Notes under the pieces: model-generated
Databases searched by the model: none
The model's input: the letters and a program-made list of their open reading frames with translations, nothing else
What the model was told of the DNA's origin: nothing
Position numbers and translations under genes: made by a program
Part shown: piece after piece, positions 51,535 to 62,632 of the stretch
Numbering within the stretch: position 1 is the stretch's first letter
How the letters are laid out: the number at the start of each line of letters is the position of its first letter
DNA from: Carcharhinus amblyrhynchos
Lineage: Eukaryota
NCBI GenBank assembly: GCA_965287045.1
Contig: OZ336871.1
Location: forward strand, 128,340,001 to 128,404,000
Direction of reading: 5' to 3'
Length of the DNA stretch: 64,000 nucleotides

Positions 51535-51770
51535 AAAGAAATCTCAACACCAGCTCAAAGTCCAACAAGTTTATTTGTAGCAAATGCTCCAAGCTTTCGG
51601 AACATGTTGTTCCTTCGTCAGGTGGCTGGAGTTCTCCCAGTCACCTGACGAAGGAACAACATGTTCCGAAAGCTTGGGGCATTTGCTACAAATAAACTCA
51701 TTGGACTTTAAGCTGGTGTTGAGAGATTTCTTTCTGTTTTACCCCAGTCCAACGCTGGCATCTCCACATC
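51535..51770. mobile_element. Penelope-derived fold-back element with hammerhead cores on both strands and a 12-bp TSD
   Basis: TSD AAGATCCCACAT at 51523-51534 and 51771-51782; inverted repeat 51535-51733; CTGACGA 51645-51651 and GAAA 51668-51671. Confidence 0.9.
51640..51680 (+). ncRNA. Minimal type I hammerhead ribozyme motif
   Basis: gtcac-CTGACGA-a-ggaaca-aca-tgttcc-GAAA-gc-TT-ggggc: conserved core, 6-bp stem II, palindromic stem III (AAGCTT), imperfect stem I. Confidence 0.7.
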
Positions 51771-52066
51771 AAGATCCCACATGCAGACTGGTACAAAAAC
51801 TAAAATCACATGGGATTTGGGTTGGGCTGGCTAGATGGACACAGAACTGGCTTGGGTATAGAAGACAGAGAATAGCGTGGAAGTGTTTTTCAGATCTGTA
51901 GTTCATGGTGGTCTGCAGGGATCAGTACTGGGACCTCTTATTTGTAGTATATATGAATGATCTGGAGGAAGATGTCAGGGGTCTGATTGGTAAGTTTGCG
52001 GATGACATGAAGATTGGTGGAGTTGCTGATAGTGCTGGGGATTGCCAGAGGATACAACAGGATACA

Positions 52067-53335
52067 ATATAGAACATAGAACACTACAGCACAAACAGGT
52101 CCTTTGGCTCACAAGTTGGCCTTCATAGCGAGGGGGATTGAATATAAAAGTAGGGAGGTCTTGCTGCAGCTGTATAGGGCATTGGTGAGGCCGCAGCTGG
52201 AGTACTGTGTGCAGTTTTGGGCGCCGCACCTGCGCAAGGATATTTTGGCCCTGGAGGGAGTGCAGAGGAGGTTTACTAGGCTGATACCGGAGTTGAGGGG
52301 GTTGAGCTATGAGGAGAGGCTGAATAAACTAGGCTTGTACTCGTTAGAGTTTAGAAGAATGAGGGGAGATCTCATTGAGACGTATAAGATGATGAATGGG
52401 ATGGATAGGATAGAGGTGGAGAGACTCTTCCCGCTCAAAAAAGACAGTAGGACTAGGGGGCACAGCCTCAAGATAAAGGGGAGGCGGTTCAGAACGGAGT
52501 TGAGGAGGAACTTCTTCACTCAAAGGGTGGTGAATCTCTGGAATTCTCTGCCCGTTGAAGTGGTGGAGGCTGCCTCGCTAAATATTTTTAAGAAGCGGGT
52601 TGATGGGTTCTTGATAAGAGAGGGGATTAAGGGTTATGGGGAGAGGGCGGGAAAGTGGAACTGAGCCACAACAGATCAGCCATGATCTTATTGAATGGCG
52701 GGGCAGGCTCGAAGGGCTAGATGGCCTACTCCTCCTATTTCTTATGTTCTTAAGTTGCGCCGATCGTATCCATACCTACCAGGTCTATCTATAACTCTCA
52801 ATCCCATTAAATCCCATGTACTCATCCAGAGGTCTCTTAAAAGACCCCAGTGAGTTCGCACCACAGATGGCAGCCGATTCCACTCACTCACCATCCTCTG
52901 AGTGAAAAACTTACCCCTGACATCTCCTCTGTACCTGCTCCCCAGCACCTTAAACCTGCGTCCTCACGTAGCGACCATTTCAGCCCTGGGAAATAGCCTC
53001 CAAGAATCCACCCAATCTATGCCTCTCAACATCTTATAAACCTCTATCAGGTTGCCTCTCAACCTTCGTCTCTCCAGGGAGAAGAGACGTAGCTCCCTCA
53101 ACCTATCTTCATAAGGCATGCCTCCCAATCCAGGCAACATCCTTGTAAATCTCCTCTGCACCCTCTCAATAGCTTCCACATCCTTCTTGTAGTGAGGCGA
53201 CCAGAACTGCGCACAGTACTCCAAGTGGGGGCTGACATGGGTCTTATAAAGTTGCAGCATTACCTCCCGACTCAATCCCTCGATTAATGAAGGCTAGCAC
53301 ACCATACGCCTTCTTGACCACATCCTCCAACTGTG
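52067..53335 (-). mobile_element. CR1 3' fragment inserted in a + strand CR1 (51440-54180) and itself interrupted by the young CR1
   Basis: ORFs 52964..53275 and 52742..52948 (-); its tail atagaacatagaacactacagc lies at 52070-52090. Confidence 0.9.
52113..52757 (+). mobile_element. Young 5'-truncated CR1 insertion with an uninterrupted ORF2 C-terminus and TSD AAGTTG
   Basis: Open frame to the stop at 52664; many CpGs retained; AAGTTG at 52113-52118 and 52752-52757. Confidence 0.93.
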
Positions 53336-55310
53336 AGATATAGGTGGATTGGAGACTTGGGCACAGAAATGGTAGATGGAGTTTAATCCGGACAAATGCA
53401 GGGCGATGCATTTTGGAGGATCAAATTTAGGTGCGAGTTATATTGTAAATTACAGAACCCTTAAGAACAATAATATAGAGGGATCTGGACATGCAGGTCC
53501 ACAGTTCCCTAAAAGTGGCCACACAGGTGGCCCAGGGGATTAAGAAGGCACATAGCAGGCTAGCCTTCATCATCTGGGCCATTGAAGACAGGAGTTGGGA
53601 AAACATGTTGCAGCTATTTAAAACCTTGGTTAGGCTGCATTTGGAGTTTTGCGTGCAATTCTGGTTACCTCATTATCAGGAGGACGTGGACACTTTGGAG
53701 AGAGTTCAAAGAAGGTTCACCAGGAAGTTGCCTGGTCTCAAGGGTGTTGGTTATGAGGAGAGTTTAAATAAACTGGATTGCTTTCGCTGGAAAGGTGGAG
53801 GCTGAGGGGAGACCTAATAGGGGTCTACAAATTATGAGAGGCATAGACAGGGTGGGTATTCAGAGGCTTTTTCCAAGAGTGGAAGTATTAATTACAAGGG
53901 GGCACAGGTTCAAGGTGAGAGGGGGAAAGTTTAAGGGAAATGTGTGGGGTAAGCTTTTCATGAAGAGAGTGATGGGTGCCTGGAATGTGCTGCCAGGGAA
54001 GATGGTGGATGCTGGCACATTAGCAACATTTAAGAGGCATCTGAATGGACACGTTAGTAGGAAGGGATATGGACTAAGTAAGGGCAGAACATTTTTCTTT
54101 AGTTCAAGCATCATGATTGGCACAGGATTTGGGGGGGGGAGGTCCCGTTTCTGTATTGTACTTTCCTTTGTTCTTTATTCTTTTATCATGGAGTGCAGTG
54201 GTCCTATAAGGCAGCATGTTACCTTCTCAAGGGCAGCTATGGATCTGTGGAGAGAGAAAGGGCATTAGTCTGAAGTGCTGATTCTTCAGAACTGGGCAGA
54301 GGTCGAAATGTATTGGGTTTTATGCTGTAGGAAAAGGTTGTGGTGGGATAGGGGAGAAGTGGAATGTGATGTTTTTCTCTCCACTTTTGCTGCCAGATCT
54401 GCTGCGTTTTTCCAGCCTCTTCTGTTTTTAGTAAGGAAGTAATTAGCTGTGTGAAGCCGACGTCCTTGAAAACTGGCAGTAGCTCTGTAGTAGGCATGGT
54501 GAGTTACCAGATTTGCTTTAAGTAGTAAAATGCCGGTGCATTCGCAGAGCTCCTCCTCTGCAGAAGTAAATTCCTCTGACCCCTTAATGCTGAGAGATGA
54601 AATACATGATTGGAAAGGCACTTTGTGTAGGTTTTAAATGATATTGGATATGCATTGGTATCAACTCAACTTTCCTTGACCACACTTGTGAAAACCCTTT
54701 TCTTTCAATGTATGGCTCTTTCTTTGTGTGGCATCATAGCCAAGACTCTAGCAGGCTTCCCACTCGCCAGGCTTCTCACATCTATCCCTCAATTTAACCA
54801 GAAGCATTTTCAGCGATCCTGGGGGCCCTTATAACTTTAAAGTAATTGTACATCCGTCGGGAGCGTAATTACCTTTCCTAAATCTGCACTGCGTAGCGAA
54901 CAGGCCAGTGAGGGCATTTCAGTGGATTAGTGATGAATTCGCATGATGGCATTCCTGTTCTACCGTTTTTACCCACCAGTGGGAGGAGAACTCAGCCCCA
55001 AAGACGCCATCAGTTGATGCCCATCAATGTGCACGTGTGAGTTAAAACATATGAAACATTAAATATTTCATGACTTGTAGTGTGCATGTATAATTACCTG
55101 GATTTGATATTTGTAACTGAAGAAGTCAGATACCGGTGCTATTCGTTTTTAACATGCCTCTTCTTCCCATCTTCCTACCTAAATCACAACCCTCCCCCCA
55201 CCCCCCCTATTCCTCCCAGTTCAACCCTGCCATTCCTTAAATTATGGTTTTGAAACTTCAAAAGTGACACAGGATGACAGACTTGTTTTGTTTTCATCCC
55301 CCTCCACCAG

Positions 55311-55434
55311 GATGCTGGAAGCCAACAAATTGGTTTTCTTTTGGGAAGTTGTGGTGTTTCTGTAGCTTTAACTAGCGATGCTTGTCATAAAGGTTTGCCC
55401 AAAAGCCCAACGGGGGAGATTCTCCAGTTCAAAG
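55311..55434 (+). CDS. DIP2C: DIP2C coding exon (124 nt, phase 0/1): DAGSQQIGFLLGSCGVSVALTSDACHKGLPKSPTGEILQFK
   Basis: Acceptor ccccctccaccag|GAT, donor AAAG|gtaatt. Follows ...LTRK after a 27,346-nt intron. Confidence 0.96.
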
Positions 55435-56011
55435 GTAATTGGTTTTCATGTTTTTTAATGTGAATTTTACTATTTTTCTGTTGCTGCACTTTATTGTGAT
55501 TAACTACTTGGCTCAAGTTGCTCCCATAGTGATTATAACAGCTCCATGAATAATAGATTGGACTTTTTTTAATGCCTAGTGGGATATATTCCCACAATTT
55601 AACATGACCCTGTTCTTCAGTAAACCGTAACTCTTAGTTTTAATAACTCCCCTATTTAACAAAAATAAGGTAACCAATTTTTTTTAAATTTGAAAATCGA
55701 CAGGCATTATTACTTACAAATATGTTTAAAAAGTCTAGAATTTGTGCTGTGAAATGATGTATGAGCATCTGCATCAAAATCCTACGTTCGCTATTAATAG
55801 AGATATTAATCCATTTAGAACAAACATCTGAAAGCCATTATTGAAGTAGCAGAGAACTGAATTTCATATGAATAATGTATCAAGTATTTAGAAAGTTAGT
55901 AGAATCAATGAGAACGCTGTTTCTTCACCTCTGGGGCCAAGCTTCAAATTCATTCCAAACTAATGGGATCAGTGTATTCTCTTTGACTGGAGTTTTAAAG
56001 AAAATCCTTGA

Positions 56012-56365
56012 GTCTACATAGAAACATAGAAGATAGAAGCAGGAGGAGGTCATTGGGCCCTTCGAGCCTGCTCTGCCGTTCATTACGATCATGGCTGACA
56101 TCCAACTCAATAGCCTAATCCTCCATAACCTTTGATCCCATTTGCCCAAAGCGCTATATCCAGCTGCCTCTTGAATACACTAAGCCTAAGAGCGGGATTT
56201 TCTGTATGTGTGCTATTGCCCTGCAGTGGAATCTTCTGCTCCCAGCCTTTGTGATAAGGTTCCCCGCTGCGTGCACCCCTTGCCACCGAGAAACCCACGA
56301 TGGGATGCACTGTCAGCGGGACTGGAAGATCCCGCTGGCACGAGTAGCTGGAAAATTCCAATCCA
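56012..56365. mobile_element. CR1 3' end (-, ~56012-56180) followed by a MITE-like element (56189-56364)
   Basis: acatagaaacatagaagatagaagcagg tail; TIR-like gagcgggattttc...gaaaattccaatcc with internal hairpin tgtcagcggg/cccgctggca. Confidence 0.7.
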
Positions 56366-56489
56366 GGTGTTCACTGAACACACATTCAAACACAAACACT
56401 GGAACACCTGCCATTGAACACGAGTTTTGCTTCCGTTTCTTCCATTGTCCCATGTGGTTTCTCAGACCGCTAATGCTACTGTAGTGTCT

Positions 56490-57350
56490 GCTACCTCCCA
56501 CCGTCTGCTGCCTGCTCCCTTGTCAGCCGTCACCTGCTCGCCGTTATCTTCTCTCTTCCTCTCTCTCTCTTCACCATTCCCTCCTACTGCCTTCCGTCCA
56601 CTTCAGTCAGCCCTCACTACTTTGCCGCTCTCTCTGGTCTCTCTAATCCCAGCATTCCCCTTCGCCACTCTTTCCACTCTCTTCGTCTATTCCTCAAGTG
56701 ACCCCCCCCCCACCCTCTTCTCTACTCTTTTCACCGCTTCCTTCCCTCCCACCTTCCTCCTACTCTCTTTGCTGCTTCTGTCAGTTTGAGTGGGAGAGAG
56801 TGGCAGTGAGAAGTGTGGATTGCAGGAGGGGGCAAACGGGTTGGGAGGAGTGCCAAGGTAGAGAGGAAGCAGGAAATAACAGCAAAAGGAGTGTTGAAGG
56901 GAATGGCAAGTGGAAGGGAGGTGGAAGTGGGGACAACATAGGAGTTGAACACTGCGGACCGTAGAGGGAAGTACAGAACGAGAAAGAGGGAAACGGAGGG
57001 ATCAGAAAGAATAGCAGAGGGAGTGGGAGGATTGGGAAATGCGAGAGAGCAGAAGCAGGAGAGAGTGATGAGTGGAGTGAATTGGAAATGGGAGAGAGCG
57101 TTGAAGGGAGTGGGGAATGGGAAATGGGAGAGAGCAGGGAGAATGGTGAGGGGAGTGGGAATGGGGAGAGAGCAGGAAGCAGGAGAGAGCAGTGAGGGGC
57201 ATGGGAAACGGGAGAGAGCAGTGAAGTGAGCAGGAATGGTGAAGGAAGCTGAAGTGAGAGTTGGGGGAGGGAACAGGAAGTGGGGAATGTCAAAGAAAAT
57301 GGTGAAGGGAGAGGTGATGCGAGTGAAGGCAGGAGGCAGTGAGGACAGTG
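56490..57350. repeat. Low-complexity tract, pyrimidine-rich (56490-56785) switching abruptly to purine-rich (56787-57350)
   Basis: Direct reading; degenerate gggaaatgggagagagcag repeats. Confidence 0.85.
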
Positions 57351-57984
57351 TGTTTGTTTTCTCTTTGATGCTGACAGCTACCTGGGACAGCTTTGCCAGT
57401 GGCATCACGCTCTGCAACTCATTGATCTGCACAAACTATGAATATATTCTGCAATTATTAATTGAGAAAGTTAAGATCAGAATAAGTATAGCTCTGCTAC
57501 TATAACATATTACATAAATTATGTATATTTTTGGAACACATTCGCTATCTCATTTGTAACGGTTCAGACTTGCTTAATGGCTGTTATCATAGCCAGTCAG
57601 AAGACTCTTTAGCAAGTGGGATTTAAAATTAAATAATTATTAAGATAATTATTGGATTTTTAAAAAATGTGTTTGAGGTCCTGCAAGTTCATATTTTATA
57701 TTTGAAAGGATTAGGTGGAGGAAAGCTTATATTAATTAGAATAATTGGAAAAATATTGCCATATTAAATGCTTCAGCATTCTATCATTTATATGGACTTG
57801 GCTTTTGTCAAATATAGTCTTAAAGTTTGGTTAGTTTTATAGTTTTTTTTAAAACACAATTCTTTAATAGCTTATTTAATTTGTTCAAATGATTAAGATC
57901 TAGAAATATATATCAATAAAACAATGCATTGCAAGTAAATTTCTTGCATGTGTACAAAAATAAGGGAATGCTAGTTGAATGATT

Positions 57985-59275
57985 CTTTTTATTCTTTTAT
58001 GAGAAAGGCAAGGCCCATCCCTAATTAACCTTCAGAATGCGGTGTTGCGAGCTGCCTTCTTGAACCACTGAAGCCCATCGGGTGTCAGTGCACCCACAGC
58101 GCTGATAGGGAGGGAGTTCCAGGTTTTTGACCTGGCGGCAGTGAAGGAATGGCGATGTAGTTTGAAGTCAAGGTGACTTTGAGGGGAACTTGCTTTCATT
58201 TGCCCGCTGCCCTTGCCCTTTGAGGTGGCTGAGGTCGTGGATTGAAAAGTGCTATTGAAGGAGGTTTGGTGACTTGTTGCAGTGCACCTTGTAGATGGCA
58301 CTTGCTGCTGCTGTGGTGGAGGGAGTATGTTTGAGCTGAAGGATGGAATGCCGCTCAGATGGGCTGCTTTGCCCTGGCTTGCATACAGTTGAGTGCTGTT
58401 GAGCTGCAGTCATCCAGGCAGCGGAGAGTTCCAATACACTCCTGACTTGTGCATGAGAGATGGTGAATCAGGATGTGAGTTACACGCTTCTGAAAAATTC
58501 CCAGCCTCTGACCTGCCTTTGTACCATTTATATGGCTGGTCCAGTTAAGATTCTGATCCATGGATGTTGATGGTGAGTAATTCAGTGATGGTGACACCAT
58601 TGAACGTCAAAGAGAGATGATTTGATTTTCTGTTGATAGAGATGGTCATTGCAACAGCAGTTGTAGAGATTAATCCACGTCATACTTAACAGACACCCAG
58701 CCTGAAGGCTGTCCGGGTCTTGCTGCATTCGTACACAGACTGCTTCAGTATCTGAGGAATCACGAATGGTTTAATCATCAGAGAAATTCCATCCTTCTAA
58801 TCTTACGATGATCATTGACGAAGCACTGAAGATAGTTGGGCTTAGATACTAACTATGCTATGGAACTTCTGCAACAATGTCCTGAGCCTGAGATAACTGG
58901 CCTCCAACATCCATGACCATATTCCTTTGTACTAGGTATGATTCCAAGCAATGAAGAGTTTTGCCCTAATTGCCAAAGACTTGAGTTTTATAATGGGTCC
59001 TTGATGCTACACGTGGTTGAAAGCAGCCTTGATTTCAAGGACAGTCACTCTTACCTCGCCTCTTGACAACAGCTCTTTTGTCCAAGTTTGGACCAAGGCT
59101 GTAATGAGGTCGGGAACCATGTGGGTCTAGCAGAATCCAAACTGAGCATTGGTGAGCAGGTTGTTATTGTGAAAATGCCAATTTGATAGCTCTGTCAGTG
59201 GCATCTTCTGTCACTTTGCTAAGATTGAGTGTACACTGATGGGATGGTAAATAGTCAGATTTACCCTCCTCCTTG
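57985..59275 (-). mobile_element. Old LINE-B fragment
   Basis: Similar to 18480-19580 (DQNLNWTSHIN...KAGQRLGI). Confidence 0.85.
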
Positions 59276-59423
59276 TAGAACCACAGCTATCTGAATCAAT
59301 TCATGTCAACGGACCTTGTGACTTAAATCTCTGTAAAGGTTTGTGTCACTGATAGAGTTGCTAGATCACTTCACTTGGGATAGCTACGATGAGCTGACAT
59401 TATTTTTTGTTATTTTGTTTTAG

Positions 59424-59533
59424 GTTGGCCACGGTTGCTGTGGTTTGTAACAGAATCGAAGCACCTGTCTAAGCCTCCTCGGGATTGGTTTCCTCATATC
59501 AAGGATGCAAATAATGACACTGCATACATTGAG
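59424..59533 (+). CDS. DIP2C: DIP2C coding exon (110 nt, phase 1/0): (G)WPRLLWFVTESKHLSKPPRDWFPHIKDANNDTAYIE
   Basis: Acceptor ttttgttttag|GT, donor GAG|gtgaga. Confidence 0.96.
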
Positions 59534-60119
59534 GTGAGAGGAACTGCAAGCTAGAAACAAAATGCTTGCTAAATAATTGACTTGTTCAGTGAGTGTGCAT
59601 TATGACTTGTGAATTGTATGTGCTTAAAAAGAGTAAGGTTTAATATCTTTAAGATATGTTAGGGGGGTTTATAAAGTGGTGCAAATTGCAGGATCAATTA
59701 ATTGGTATTTGCCATCAAGAGGGGCATAAGAGGAAAACTACTCTTCCATCAACTAAGCAATGAATCTGTCCAACGTCATGAGCATGTTTACAAGCTAATT
59801 TTTTAATATCTTGCTGTCATGAGGACAGCATTGGTTCCAGGAGGGGAAAACTGAGGACTCCAGAATCATCACTGTGAAAATTGCAACTTAGAGTTGCAGT
59901 TATTAGTGAAGCCTATTTCAAAGTCTGACTGTCTTTGCAAGCAAAAGAGTGAAACAGTAAAGTCAGTAGCATCCTGAACTCTGAGCCAGAGGCTGGGGGT
60001 TTAAGTCCCACCCCAAGGTTTATTGCATGAAAGGTGCATCTGTTAAGTGACCAATTCTTCCAATGCACCTATGGCAGGTGGTAAAAATAGGAGGGTTTCC
60101 TAATCAACTGCCTTCAATG

Positions 60120-61010
60120 AATAAAAACAAAACATTACGGATGCTAGAATCTGAAACAAAAACAGGAAATGCAGGAGAAACTCAGCAGGTCTCACAGCGT
60201 CTGTGGAAAGAGAATAGAGCCAGCATTTCGGGTCTCCATACCCCTCCATCAAAGCTAAGAGCAAAGAAAATTAGAAGAGACAGATGGACTGAAGATGTTC
60301 TGCAAAACGATCACCCGGTCTGCGCTTGGTCACTCCGATGTAGAGTAGAACACCTTCGGTCCATCCGCAAGCAGGCCCAGATCTTCCTGTTGCTGGCCAC
60401 TTGAGCACACCACCCTGCTGTCCTGTCCACATGTCCGTCCTTGGCCTTTTGCAATGATTCAGCGAACCCCAACACAAACTAGAGGAACAGCACCTCATCT
60501 TCCGATTGGACAGTTTACAGCCTTCTGGACTGAACATCGAATTCAACAACTTCAGAGGATGAACTCGCCCCGCCACCTTTACCCTGTTTCCATTTATTTT
60601 GTTTCATTTCTCCTTTTCATCCCATTCATCCGTTTTCACTATCCTTCATTCCCACTTCCATTTGCCACTTCTCCATTCTTGCTCTCCATCTTGCCCCCAT
60701 TACACCCAGCTGTCCTTCAGGGCAACTGCCACATTTCTTTGGCAGTCCATTAAACAGCCTATACCTCTGTTCTGCCATTCACACGTTCTGATCACTTAAT
60801 GGACTCTTTTAGCACTTTTCTCATCGTCCCTCATCATCATTTATTTTCCCTTTGTCTAATTACTGGCCCCCTCCCCCTCTCTCATAGTATAAAGCTCTTC
60901 TGATTCTCTTTGCCCTTAGCTCTGACAAAGAGTCATCCACTAGAAATGTTGGCTCTATTCCCCCTCCCCAGATGCTGTCAGACCTGCTCCAGCATTTTCT
61001 GTTTTTGCTT
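60120..61010 (+). mobile_element. Penelope-like element: inverted pLTR, GIY-YIG endonuclease pieces, 3' pLTR with decayed hammerhead
   Basis: Minus-strand LLYIGVTKRRPGDRFAEHLQSI (~60283-60348); plus-strand EHLRSIRK...HKLEEQHLIFRLDSLQPSGLNIEFNNFRG*; CTGACAA...GAAA at 60922-60946. Confidence 0.85.
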
Positions 61011-61564
61011 TTTAAAAAAATGTTGGGTTTTCAGACAGCTGGATTTGATGTACTCTACCTGCATAAAACATAACCAAAGATCCCAAAACCAAAGGTGCAT
61101 AAAAAACAGTTGCTGAGCCAAAGATTTGAAGACTATTTATTAGCTGCTTGTGGAAATGGCTGATTTTGCAAAAACTCAAAATAAGCTATTTTAGTCCCAT
61201 TGGTGTTGTGGTTTAGGGAATTATTAGGAATGATATTTGATGTTGGGGCATTTTGGACACTGTTGAACATGATTTGCATAGAAAAATAAATCTAAGGCAA
61301 AATTTGCTAATTTGCTTACCTAAAGAAAAGATTTTGGGGGTAATATACTGAGGAGCATAGAGAGACCAAAAATCATGGTCAATATGCCATTGAATACAGA
61401 GATGACAGAGTTTGCCACACAAATTATTAGCTTCAATCGACATAAAGGCTATTTATTGTTCTTCACTCTTCCTAAATTGTTCAACGTAAGGAAATAGTCA
61501 AAAGACAGTACCACAAGTGAACATTATCACCCCTCCAATTCTCTTGGTCTGTTTTTATTATTAG

Positions 61565-61667
61565 TACAAGACATGTAAAGATGGCAGCGTGCTAGGTGTG
61601 ACTGTGACACGAATTGCACTCCTGACTCATTGTCAGGCTCTGACTCAGGCCTGTGCGTACACAGAAG
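61565..61667 (+). CDS. DIP2C: DIP2C coding exon (103 nt, phase 0/1): YKTCKDGSVLGVTVTRIALLTHCQALTQACAYTE
   Basis: Acceptor tttttattattag|TAC, donor GAAG|gtaagg. The gene continues beyond the window. Confidence 0.96.
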
Positions 61668-62632
61668 GTAAGGGTTCCTTTGCGTTTTCAAACTTATTCC
61701 ACTGAGTAAAGTATTGGCTGGAGTGTAATTGTGCCATCTGTAGGTGATGAGGTGCTGATGTCATTGCAATGAAGTGGTGGCCCTTTGTAATTTAGGTTGT
61801 TTCATTTTAACTTCTAATACTGTGGGGGTAAAGAGGCGAAAAGTGTGCAGAATATTTGGCTAGGTAGTGCAGCTTTTACTGATTTTGACGTTGTGTTGTT
61901 ATGCTTTTGCAATGATTCTCTTTCCTCTTCCCCCTCCCCATTGCTGCTACTGTTTCCATCTCATGGTGTACATTCCGGTTATTTTTAATGTTGTTTGTTC
62001 ACACACATGGAAACAGTCTCAGGTAGAGGAAATGCATAGAATATCAGTTTGGTACTTTGGTCTCATAACTTTGTTATTTTGGATCCCCATTTCTGATTGC
62101 TTCTTGCGTTAATGTTGGCTAAGATCAGGATCAGCTGCAAAGTCCCCGCCATCGATTTCCTTCCAACATTGGCTCAGCTAAGGTGTAGAGTAGCCATTTG
62201 GGCTGGACTCCAGAGGGCAACTGGTGTTGTGAAACTCAGGAGTAACACAAACCAATGCCGTTAGGAGAGGTGGAGGGGGAGGAGGAGTGGAGAGAAGGTT
62301 GACAATATAAGAAGCAGCATGAAAAACTCAGGCTTCACTCTGATCACAGCCCATGGTGTAGACCTAATTCAATAGCAGGCCAGCAGCAACTGAGTTGGCA
62401 GTGTTGGTAATGACTCACCAGTCTGTTGTTTCCATTTGTGATTGAATTTGAAGCTGAAATTACTTGCTGCCTGAACATTAGCAATCTCTAATGTGGATTT
62501 TTTTTTTAAATTTGCCATTCCTCGTGGTAATTTTAGAATGAAATTGGATGTTAACATTATGCAAGTACAGATTGTGTAATTTCTAGGTTCTACAATATAA
62601 GCCACCTTTTAACTGCAATTTTGAAAAACATT

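Larger units (their letters stand above)
49495..54242 (+). mobile_element. LINE-B (49495-50262, 51143-51438, 54187-54242) hosting nested CR1 and Penelope-derived insertions
   Basis: ORF 49818..50129 (NIQAWAGKWQL...LGVAIDQKLNW); the LINE-B sequence resumes in register after each insertion. Confidence 0.85.

Noticed and set aside
56731-57432. 233-aa and 170-aa minus-strand ORFs
   Set aside because: Produced by purine/pyrimidine low-complexity sequence that lacks stop codons; the composition is Pro/Ser/Leu/Phe noise.
11756-61667. Assignment to DIP2A or DIP2B
   Set aside because: Residues such as WPPSLEAALQRWGTISPKAPCL, KLWTRSMKVAY, FPNNDPAAF and DWFPHIKDANND match recalled DIP2C rather than its paralogs; a reciprocal BLAST would confirm.
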